This document shows, in pieces, positions 47,150 through 55,508 of a stretch of 64,000 nt of DNA. The notes beneath the pieces were generated by a model. That model made no database searches. It saw nothing but the letters and a program-made list of their open reading frames with translations, and was not told the origin of the DNA. The stretch spans positions 10,940-74,939 of the forward strand of contig VGZT01000005.1 of the NCBI GenBank assembly GCA_016872495.1. The letters run 5' to 3'. The DNA is from SAR202 cluster bacterium. Lineage in GTDB: Bacteria; Chloroflexota; Dehalococcoidia; Lucifugimonadales; Lucifugimonadaceae. The translations under genes were made by a program, and so were the position numbers. Within the stretch, counting starts at the first letter, position 1. Each line of letters begins with the position of its first letter.

Positions 47150-48673
47150 TCAGGTATACGCCCGTTCCAGCTCGAGCTCTGCCGCCAGGCTCTCCGTGTC
47201 GCGCCCGACCGTAGCGACCGCGACCCTCCGCTTGCCCACGAAGTAGTCGACCCGGAAATCACCACTGCCGAAGTCGCCGTCGATCGCCACGCGGTCCCAT
47301 TTTGGCGCGTGGCCCACGTAGTTGATCTGCCGGTCGTAGTGCGAGCTCCAGAAGAACGGCACGCTGTGGTACCGCCGCCGGTCGCCAAGGATATTGCGGG
47401 CCGCGACCTGACCCTGGCGCTCGGCGACCACCCAGTGCTCGACACGGATCCGCTGGCCCGAAATCGGGTCGGGCCAGCGTGCGATATCGCCCACGGCCCA
47501 GATACCCGGGGCGCTGGTCGCCATGTACTCGTCGACCAGGACACCGTTCTCGACCGCCAGGCCCGCCGCCACCGCGAGGTCCAGATTGGGCCTCACGCCG
47601 ACCCCCATGACGATGAGGTCGGCCGCCACCCTCGATCCGTCGGAGAGGGTAACGGTGCCGGACAGCATCGACTGCGCGGTGCGCCCGAGCCTGAACTTCA
47701 CGCCATGCTCTTCGTGCAACGCCTTCAAGAACGTTCCCAGTTCCTTACCGAGCACCCTTTCAAGCGGGGTGTCCTCCGGGGCGGCGACCGTCACATCCAG
47801 GCCGCGTTCACGCAGGGACCACGCTGCTTCCAGGCCGATGAAGCTGGCGCCCAGGACGAGCGCTCGCTTCTTGCCTTCGGCCGCGGCGGCGATCTTCTTG
47901 CTGTCAGCGAGCGAACGTAGCGTGAAGACGGCCGACTCCGGCGCGCCCTGCACCGGGACACGGATAGGCGTCGCACCGGTTGCCAGCAGCAGGGCGTCGA
48001 ATGCGAACGTGTCCCCACCGACTTGCACCTGTTTCCTTCTGACGTCGACGCCCGTGACGCGAGTGTTCAGTCGCAACTCGATCCCGTTGTCGCGATAGTA
48101 GTCGTCGCCGAACAGCGGCATCCACTCGGCGGGCGCCTTGCCTGCCAGGTAGTCCTTCGAGCAGTTGGGCCGGTCGTAAGGAGCGTCGGAGTCGGCGCTC
48201 AGGATGGTCACCTCACCAGTGAACCCCTCTCGCCTGAGAGTGACGGCCGCGGTGGCGCCGGCCGCGCCTCCGCCAACGATCACAACGCTCTTCGGCAACC
48301 CGGCCTTCGAGCGCGCGCGGGGTGGCGCGCTCTCTGCCTTGCCGGTCACATAAACGCGGTCGCCGCGCCGCTCTACCCTCCAGAGCGTCAGGGGGTTCAG
48401 GCCTGGCGCGCGCAGCGATGCCCCGGTTTCGAGGCTGAAGCAGGCGTGGTGCCACGGGCACCTGACGGTAGCGCCGTCGATCAGGCCATCTTCGAGCGGA
48501 CCGCTGTAGTGGGTGCAGCCCGGGCTCACCGCAAAAATGCGTCCGCCGGTTCTGACAACCATCACATCCTCGTCGCCACACTTCCCGCGCAGCGCCTTGC
48601 CGTCGATCACGTCCGCCAGCGGCACCCCGACTTTGAAGTCGGGGCCGGAAGGACCTTGTTTCGTTTCGCCCAT
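47150..48673 (-). CDS. Rieske [2Fe-2S] domain fused to FAD-dependent pyridine-nucleotide-disulfide oxidoreductase (ferredoxin-reductase/AIF-like)
   Basis: CTHYSGPL...CPWHHACF Rieske ligands. VVIVGGGAAGATAA and VLGASFIGLEAA dinucleotide motifs. AVGDIA. Confidence 0.85.
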   Translation of the reverse strand: MGETKQGPSGPDFKVGVPLADVIDGKALRGKCGDEDVMVVRTGGRIFAVSPGCTHYSGPLEDGLIDGATVRCPWHHACFSLETGASLRAPGLNPLTLWRVERRGDRVYVTGKAESAPPRARSKAGLPKSVVIVGGGAAGATAAVTLRREGFTGEVTILSADSDAPYDRPNCSKDYLAGKAPAEWMPLFGDDYYRDNGIELRLNTRVTGVDVRRKQVQVGGDTFAFDALLLATGATPIRVPVQGAPESAVFTLRSLADSKKIAAAAEGKKRALVLGASFIGLEAAWSLRERGLDVTVAAPEDTPLERVLGKELGTFLKALHEEHGVKFRLGRTAQSMLSGTVTLSDGSRVAADLIVMGVGVRPNLDLAVAAGLAVENGVLVDEYMATSAPGIWAVGDIARWPDPISGQRIRVEHWVVAERQGQVAARNILGDRRRYHSVPFFWSSHYDRQINYVGHAPKWDRVAIDGDFGSGDFRVDYFVGKRRVAVATVGRDTESLAAELELERAYT

Positions 48674-49004
48674 GCGGTGAACTCCTTAAGCATTCAGGCC
48701 AGCGGCGTTGTGACAGGCGCGGGCCAGATCCTGCGTCATGCTAAGGCCTCAGGAGCTCGACCGCCTTGCCCGTCGACCAGGGACTCCCCGCGGTACAGCC
48801 GGACCGCGATGTCGTAGCTCTGGGCCCGTGGCGCGATCGTGGTGCCGTCGCCGGCTTCCTGGTCGTAGCTGCCGTCCTTGCGCCTCATCAGTTGCGGACA
48901 TCGTGCCAACCTGCTGCTTCAAGCACTCTTCAAGTCAAGGCCCCTACTCCCGGCCCGTGCGAGGTAATCTTTCGCAAAGACCGACCATAGCAAGGAGATT
49001 TGGA

Positions 49005-51050
49005 GTGCCGCAGCCCTCCCGGACCCCTGCACAAGGACCGCGTTCACGGCGCCGGACGAACGGCGCGTCGAGCTCTACCACACCGGGCGCCCGCACCTCG
49101 TCTTTCGCGACGCGCGGAGGCGGGAAAGGCTCCGGCAGGGTAGCCGAAGGGGCCCACGGAATCGTTGTCTCACGCGACGTCATGATTCCGATGCGGGACG
49201 GTGTCCGCCTGGCGTCCGATATCTACCGGCCGGCCGATTCCAGCGGTGAGCCCGTCAAGGGCAAGTTCCCGACGATCGTTGGCCGCACGTCCTACGACAA
49301 GTCGAACCCGGTGATCTGGATCAGGCCGGTCGCCGAATTCTTCGTCCCGCGTGGCTATGCGGTGGTCCTGCAGGACCTGCGGGGCCGCGGGCTTTCGGAA
49401 GGGACAGGCCAGTACTACCACACCGCCAATGTCAACGAGGGAAAGGACGGGTACGACACCGTCGAGTGGATCGCGGCGCAGTCGTGGTCAAACGGGAAGG
49501 TCGGCATGGTCGGCTCGTCGCACGGGGGCATCGTGCAGAACGTCGCCTCCATGGAGCGCCCGCCGCACCTGTCCGCGCTGTGGGTCGACGTGGCGCCCAC
49601 CAGCGCATTCGACTGGGAGGCCCGCCAGGGTGGCGCGTTCGCCCTGCATATGTTCGGTGCGCTGTTCCTGCACGGCTGGGACGCCCAGGAGATCCGCAAC
49701 GACCAGCCTGCCCGACGTAGCATCGAGATGGCGGCGGAGCAGCTTCGCGACCTCGTCTGGCAGATCCCCTACAAGCGGGGCCACACCCCTATCTCCGTCG
49801 TGCCCCACCTCGAGGAAGTGCTTTTCCACTATCAGAACGAGGGCGTGTTCAACGACTGGTGGGACATGCCTGCGATGCAGCAGAAGGGCCGTTACGGTAG
49901 CTTCGCCGATATCCCGGCGGTCTTTTCGGGAGGCTGGTACGACCCATTTGTCGCCGATTACTCCGAGCAGTTCGCGATCCTGGCAAAGCAGAATCGATCG
50001 CCGCAGCGCCTGATTGTGGGGCCCTGGAATCACGTGACGATGCGCGGCGTTGGGGCAACCAATGTCGGCGAGGTCGACTTCGGGACGGGCGCCCACTGGG
50101 GCGACGAGGTCTACAACGTCCAACGCCTACGCTGGTTCGACCGCTGGCTCAAGGGCGTGGCAAACGGCGTGGAGAACGAAGCTAAGGTTCAGATCTTCGT
50201 AATGGGAGGCGGCACTGGCAAGAAGCTCGGCGCAGGCACAGTCGACCACGGCGGCGCGTGGCGCAGCGAGGAAGCCTGGCCACTGGCGCGTGCACGGGCG
50301 ACCTCCTTCTACTGCAACCCGAATGGCCGGCTTTCGACCGATGCGCCTCGCGAGAATGGCACCGTGGCGTGGACGCACGACCCTCACCACCCGGTGCCCA
50401 GCGTCGGCGCCAACGTCACCGGCTTCTACGAGTGGGCGAAGGTGCCGGAGTCGCTGAACCGTGCCTACATACCCGCCCGGGCACGGATGCAGTCCGTCAT
50501 ACCCGACGGCCCAATGCACCAGCGGGAGCGAGCGTTCCTGGTCGGATGCAGGCCGCCCTACGGCCTGCTCTCCGACCGGCGCGATGTCGTCGTATTTCAG
50601 ACCGATCCGCTCGAAAAGGACGTCGAGGTCACCGGTCCGATTGAGGTAGAACTCTGGGTGTCGTCGACCGCGCCGGACACCGATTTCACGGCGAAGCTAC
50701 TCGATGTCTATCCGTCCAGCAGCGACTTCCCCGAGGGGTTCCATCTGCCGCTCTGCGACTCGATCCTGCGGGCACGCTTTCGGGGCGGCTACGACCGCGA
50801 GGAGCTCATGGAGCCCGGCCGGGTCTACCTGATCAAGATCGCACTCCCGCCGATCTCGAACCGCTTCGTGAAGGGCCACCGGATCAGGCTCGACATCGCC
50901 AGCAGCAACTTCCCGAGGTTCGATATCAACCCGAACACCGGCGAGCCGCTGGGCCGGCATACCCGCATGGTGAGCGCCGTGAATACCGTTCACTTCGCCC
51001 GTTCGCGTGCCTCGCGCCTGGTCTTGCCGGTGGTGGGCCAGGCCCCGTGA
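49005..51050 (+). CDS. CocE/NonD family hydrolase (X-Pro dipeptidyl-peptidase S15-like)
   Basis: VMIPMRDGVRLASDIYRP, LRGRGLSEG, nucleophile-elbow GSSHGG, and a C-terminal jelly-roll (RLDIASSNFPRFDINPNTG). Start assigned to GTG 49005 (AAGGAG SD 7 nt upstream). ATG 49182 is the alternative. Confidence 0.8.
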   Translation: MPQPSRTPAQGPRSRRRTNGASSSTTPGARTSSFATRGGGKGSGRVAEGAHGIVVSRDVMIPMRDGVRLASDIYRPADSSGEPVKGKFPTIVGRTSYDKSNPVIWIRPVAEFFVPRGYAVVLQDLRGRGLSEGTGQYYHTANVNEGKDGYDTVEWIAAQSWSNGKVGMVGSSHGGIVQNVASMERPPHLSALWVDVAPTSAFDWEARQGGAFALHMFGALFLHGWDAQEIRNDQPARRSIEMAAEQLRDLVWQIPYKRGHTPISVVPHLEEVLFHYQNEGVFNDWWDMPAMQQKGRYGSFADIPAVFSGGWYDPFVADYSEQFAILAKQNRSPQRLIVGPWNHVTMRGVGATNVGEVDFGTGAHWGDEVYNVQRLRWFDRWLKGVANGVENEAKVQIFVMGGGTGKKLGAGTVDHGGAWRSEEAWPLARARATSFYCNPNGRLSTDAPRENGTVAWTHDPHHPVPSVGANVTGFYEWAKVPESLNRAYIPARARMQSVIPDGPMHQRERAFLVGCRPPYGLLSDRRDVVVFQTDPLEKDVEVTGPIEVELWVSSTAPDTDFTAKLLDVYPSSSDFPEGFHLPLCDSILRARFRGGYDREELMEPGRVYLIKIALPPISNRFVKGHRIRLDIASSNFPRFDINPNTGEPLGRHTRMVSAVNTVHFARSRASRLVLPVVGQAP

Positions 51051-51349
51051 GACTCTTCGAATACGAGCGGGCCGCACGCCTGATGCGCGCGCACGGGGTC
51101 GATGTGCTGCTCGCCCACACCAAGCCGAACGTCGAGTACCTGACCGACTACGAGTGGATGCGGTGGTTCGACCACACCAACTTCATGAACGAGGTGGGAT
51201 CCGACTTCGTCGTCAACTTCGTCGGGCTGCCCCGGGAGGAGTCCAGGGGGCCGTTCTACATTGCCGCTTCGACCGAGACCGGATACCCGGAAACGTACGG
51301 TTGCGAGGTACTGACGACCACCCCGCGCGCGCTCGACGCATACCTCTGA
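51047..51349 (+). pseudogene. Creatinase/prolidase N-terminal-domain-like stub (M24 catalytic domain missing)
   Basis: 100-aa ORF: EYERAARLMRAHGVDVLLAHTKPNVEYLTDY resembles the Creatinase_N domain of M24 peptidases. No pita-bread domain follows. The GTG overlaps the upstream stop (GTGA). Confidence 0.4.
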
Positions 51350-51585
51350 CCAGGCCTGCCGCGCTTCTTCAACCGGCCGCGCCTGCGTAGCGGGACAGAC
51401 GGTCCGCGCCGGGACGAACCCCGGTGTCGAATCAGTGGAAGTGACCTTTGATGTGGCCTGCCTGACCCGGCCTCTGTTCATGAAGAAACGGGGTCACGCA
51501 TCGATTCGCAACATCCATGAGAACCTGAGGCGGATCATCGAGTCGAACAAGTCGAGCTGACCGCGCCGGTGAAGCGGCGGACCCG

Positions 51586-53379
51586 CTAGCGGCGAAGGAT
51601 CGTCGACTTCTGTGGCGGCCGGGACTGGGTGATCGGCGGCGGCCGCTTCTCGAACAAACGGCCGTCCCGAAGTTCGAACGTTCGGGTCGCCACCCGATCA
51701 AGGAAGTAGCGGTCGTGCGAAATGATGAACACCGTGCCGCGGTAGTTCTCGACCGACTCTTCCAGGACCTCGGCCGACTGGATATCCAGGTTGTTCGTGG
51801 GCTCGTCCAGGAGCAGCAGGTTCCCGCCCTGGATCATCAGCTTCGCCATCTGCAGCCTTGCCTTTTCGCCCCCGCTCAGGAACTTGACCTGGCGCGTTGA
51901 CTTCGCCTGGTCGAACAAGAACGTCCCGAGGAACGAAAGCGCCTGCGCCTCGGTAACCTCTGCGACCTTGCGAATCTCGTCCACCGGCGTCTTCTCCCGG
52001 TCCAGCGTTTCCTGCTCCTGCGCGTAGTAGCCGGGCTCGATGCGCGCGCCGATCCGCGCCTCGCCCGTCGACGGCTCGAGCCGCCCGAGGGCGATCTTGA
52101 ACAGGACCGACTTCCCTGCCCCGTTCGGACCGACCAGCGCCACACGTTCGCCGTGAGTAATCAGCAGGTCGACGCCGCGCAGGACTTCGTTGTCCCCGAA
52201 CCACTTCCCGACGCCCACGAACTCGAGGACCTTGAAGCCGCCACGCTCGCCCTTCAGGTCGAGGCCGATCTTCGCCGGCTCGAGGATGGGGCGTTCGACC
52301 TTCTCGATCCGCTCGAGCCGCCGCTCGATGTTCCTTGCCCGTCGCACGAACTTCTCGTTCTGACCACCGGCCCAGCCCATCAGCCGTCGTGCGGCGTGCT
52401 CGAGGCGCCTGATCTCTCTTTGCTGCAATTCGAACGATGCCTGCTGGCGGAGCAGGGACAGTCGTTTGTCGGCGGCGTACTCCGAGTACGTGCCGTGGAA
52501 CAGCGTGAGCTGCGGCCGCCCGGGGTGTTGACGGACCATTTCGATCTCGGCGATATCGTCCACCACCACGTCTAGCATGTGACGGTCGTGGGAGATCACC
52601 ACCACGGCACCCGGGTAGTTCACGATCAGCCGCTCGAGCATCTCTTTGGCCGCCAGGTCCAGGTGGTTGTCGGGCTCGTCGAGCAGCAGTAACTCGGGCT
52701 CGGTGGCCAGCACGCGCGCCAGGTACAGCAGCTTTCGCTGGCCGCCGCTGAGGGCGTCGGTGGGCAGGGCGAGGTCGTCGTCGGTAAACCCGACCGCCTT
52801 CAGGTGGCTGCGGACACGGCCATCGAAATTGAGGCCGCCCATCTCGTCGAGCCGCCGGGTTGCCTGCTCGTGCTCGTCGATCACCGCCGCCAGCGCGTCA
52901 GGCTGTTCATAGACCTCGGGGCTGGCCATGCGCTCTTCGAGCCGCTTCAGCTCGGCCTCTACCTCGACCAGGTAGCTTCTGGCCTGCATCGCCGCCTCGA
53001 GAACGGTCACCCCCTCGCCCCGCCGTGCGTCGACGCGCGGTGCGTCGTGGGGCGTTCCCAGGGCCGGCTCGTCCGAGCGCGGTTCTGGTGCGATTGCTCC
53101 CACGCCCCGGGAGTCGACGAGAGGCATCGGGTTCTGGCCGTCCGGTGCGAATCGGACTTCCTGCGGCACGTAGCCAACGCGCAGGCCGCGCCTCCGGGCG
53201 ACGTGGCCGGTGTCGGACACGTCAACGCCCGCGATGATCCTCAGGAGTGTGGATTTGCCGGCGCCATTGGGCCCGACGAGCCCGATCCGTGCGTCGTCCT
53301 GGATCTCGAACGTCACGCCCTCCAACACGAGATTGGCGGCGTGGCTCTTGGTTACGTTGACGATATTGCTGACGATCAT
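51586..53379 (-). CDS. ABC-F family ATPase (two tandem NBDs, no TMD)
   Basis: Two Walker A motifs (GPNGAGKST and GPNGAGKSV), two signatures (LSGGQRKLL and LSGGEKARL), and an inter-domain linker. Confidence 0.9.
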   Translation of the reverse strand: MIVSNIVNVTKSHAANLVLEGVTFEIQDDARIGLVGPNGAGKSTLLRIIAGVDVSDTGHVARRRGLRVGYVPQEVRFAPDGQNPMPLVDSRGVGAIAPEPRSDEPALGTPHDAPRVDARRGEGVTVLEAAMQARSYLVEVEAELKRLEERMASPEVYEQPDALAAVIDEHEQATRRLDEMGGLNFDGRVRSHLKAVGFTDDDLALPTDALSGGQRKLLYLARVLATEPELLLLDEPDNHLDLAAKEMLERLIVNYPGAVVVISHDRHMLDVVVDDIAEIEMVRQHPGRPQLTLFHGTYSEYAADKRLSLLRQQASFELQQREIRRLEHAARRLMGWAGGQNEKFVRRARNIERRLERIEKVERPILEPAKIGLDLKGERGGFKVLEFVGVGKWFGDNEVLRGVDLLITHGERVALVGPNGAGKSVLFKIALGRLEPSTGEARIGARIEPGYYAQEQETLDREKTPVDEIRKVAEVTEAQALSFLGTFLFDQAKSTRQVKFLSGGEKARLQMAKLMIQGGNLLLLDEPTNNLDIQSAEVLEESVENYRGTVFIISHDRYFLDRVATRTFELRDGRLFEKRPPPITQSRPPQKSTILRR

Positions 53380-53464
53380 GTGGCGTCTGGCAGTAGCTCC
53401 AGATTACACGGCGCGCGCGGGAAGTTGCCGTCTCCGGGATCGGCACGTCCACCCCTCACCACGC

Positions 53465-54649
53465 CTAGCGGAGTCGGTCGCCGAATCTCGGGAGCTTTGG
53501 CGCCATCTCGGGCCGGTGCAGGTTGTACAGGTCGACCGCTTCGTAGGGGTGCTCCGCCGCAGCTTCCTCGTCGAACTCCACGCCGAGCCCAGGCCGGTCC
53601 GGTATCTCCAACCAGCCGTCGACCACCTTCATCTCATTGCGGCACACCTGGAATCGCCACGGCTCCGGCGGGAAGTGCTCCAGGGCGAAGAAGTTTGGCA
53701 CGCAGGCCGCCAGCTGCACCCCTGCGGCGTACGACACCTCCCCGTTCGGGTTGTGAGGCGTGAAGGCGGCGTAGTGAGAGTCGGCAATGGCCGCGATCCG
53801 GAACGCGGAAAGTACCCCTCCGCAGTGCGACATGTCAGGCTGCACGATATCGGCGCCGTCACGTGCCAGCAACTGCTGGAACGCGAACGGGGTGAAGAGC
53901 CGCTCACCCGTCGCCACCGGGATGTCGATCTTGTTTCGAACATAGGCCATCTCGTCCAGGTTCTCGTGCGGGACCGGTTCCTCGAAGAACCCGATATTGA
54001 ATCGCTCCACGCCCTTGGCCGCTCGGATCGCGTTGCCGGTCGTCTGGAAGATCCCGTTGCAGTCGATGAACAGGTCGATGTCAGGTCCGACCGCCGCCCG
54101 GATCGCCTCGACGCTCTCGATACCGTCGTTCAGGATCCGGTTCTCGAGGCGTGTGAAGTCGATTCCTCGACGGCCGCCCCACGGGTTGAACTTCAACCCC
54201 TTTGCGCCGAGCCCAACCGTCCGCCTTGCCGCTTCGGCGAACTGCTCCGGACTCATGCCCTGCCGGTACCAGCCGTTTGCGTACAGCTTGATTCGGTCCC
54301 GTGTCTTGCCTCCGAGCAACTCGTAGACGGGCACCCCGAGCGCCTTGCCCTTCAGGTCCCACAGCGCCGTCTCGACCCCGCTGATGGCGCTGTTGAGTAC
54401 CTCGCCGCCGGCGTAGAAGGCGCGGCGGTACATCTCCTGGAAGTGCCGCTCGATCGCGTTGGCGTCCTTGCCGACGATGTAACGGGCGAGCTCGCGGACC
54501 GCTGCCTCGACGGTCGCCTCCTTGCCCTCGAGCGTGGCCTCGCCTACGCCATGGAGCCCGGCGTCCGTCTCGATTTTGACGATCAGCCAGTTTCGCCAGG
54601 AACCTCCGACCAGGAAGGTCCTTACTTCGGTGATCCGCAACGCCCCCAA
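53465..54649 (-). CDS. Enolase-superfamily enzyme (acid-sugar dehydratase-like), paralog 3
   Basis: RITEVRTFLVGG...VKIETDAGLHGVGEA, KFNPWG, DCNGIF, FEEP, ATGERLF, DIVQPD, TPHNP. TTG start at 54649 with a GGAGG SD 6 nt upstream. Confidence 0.85.
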   Translation of the reverse strand: MGALRITEVRTFLVGGSWRNWLIVKIETDAGLHGVGEATLEGKEATVEAAVRELARYIVGKDANAIERHFQEMYRRAFYAGGEVLNSAISGVETALWDLKGKALGVPVYELLGGKTRDRIKLYANGWYRQGMSPEQFAEAARRTVGLGAKGLKFNPWGGRRGIDFTRLENRILNDGIESVEAIRAAVGPDIDLFIDCNGIFQTTGNAIRAAKGVERFNIGFFEEPVPHENLDEMAYVRNKIDIPVATGERLFTPFAFQQLLARDGADIVQPDMSHCGGVLSAFRIAAIADSHYAAFTPHNPNGEVSYAAGVQLAACVPNFFALEHFPPEPWRFQVCRNEMKVVDGWLEIPDRPGLGVEFDEEAAAEHPYEAVDLYNLHRPEMAPKLPRFGDRLR

Positions 54650-55008
54650 ACCGCACCTCCGCCGGGAAGAATACACGCGCGACCTGGCGCGGAGTCCGCC
54701 CGGGGGCCGACTTCAGCTCAGCTTCGGATCCTGGCCGGCATCGATAACGATGTCATGCACTGCACGCTGCTCGGGTCGTCGGTACTGAGCGCGCGCTACG
54801 CGCCGGTCATCCTCGCCCATTTCCTGGTGCTCGACGGCGATACCCGCACCGTGGTGATGATCAGATCGGGAGCAAGCGCTGCGGCGCTGGCCGCGATCGC
54901 GCGGGTGATACGGCGGGGGTCCCGCGGGCCCCTCCCACCTGGCAGCTTTCCCCATCTTCATGGTGATCCTGGTTAATAGCGGCCTGATGCTCTGGATCAC
55001 CGAAAATC

Positions 55009-55440
55009 ATGAAGCAGTCGACCAACTTCATCCTGACCATCGCCTTCGCAGGGTCCGTGATGCTTCGCCGCCGATGGCTCCTGTGCACGCTACTGGTTGC
55101 GGTGGCGTTGCGGACCGCGATCGTAACCACCTTCCTGGCCCGCGACGACATCCCGCATTACAGCTTCGAAATCGGGACGCCACGCTGGCCGCGCCGCTCA
55201 TCAAGCTGGCGCGTCGCTTCGCCGTCATGACACAGGTCTCGGGTCGCATTGTGTGGGAAAGCCAGGCGCTCGAACTCCCGTGCCTCTCGGCAAGGTCGCA
55301 GACCGTGCTCGAGTCGACCCTCGATGGCATCTGCAGCCTTGACTTGTCCGGGAAGACCCTGCTGGCCAACGCAGCACCAGCAATCTGTATAATCCCCGAC
55401 CGCAAGGTCGAGCACAGAGGGCGGCCTGCTCGAAGCCACC
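55009..55440 (+). pseudogene. Possible remnant of a membrane-anchored PAS sensor gene
   Basis: The GC3-rich ORF 55009-55230 has two TM-like segments. The neighbouring frame continues with a PAS-like stretch VLESTLDGICSLDLSGKTLLANAAPA. No output domain follows. Weak evidence. Confidence 0.25.
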
Positions 55441-55508
55441 CTGGCACTGCCGATCGGGTAGCGCAGTCGATCACCGTAGATGGTTGTCTGCAAGGAAAGG
55501 GGCGGTCT

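Noticed and set aside
48695-48712. Rex half-site (CGTTGTGACAGG) upstream of the Rieske-FAD gene.
   Set aside because: Only one half-site is present, with no inverted partner at the correct spacing.
48736-48888. GC3-rich 50-codon ORF on the minus strand (MRRKDGSYDQEAGDGTTIAPRAQSYDIAVRLYRGESLVDGQ...) in the 330-bp spacer between the Rieske-FAD and CocE genes.
   Set aside because: It looks coding by codon bias, but it has no SD, no recognisable family and an abrupt end. It could be another gene fragment, and the evidence is too weak to call.
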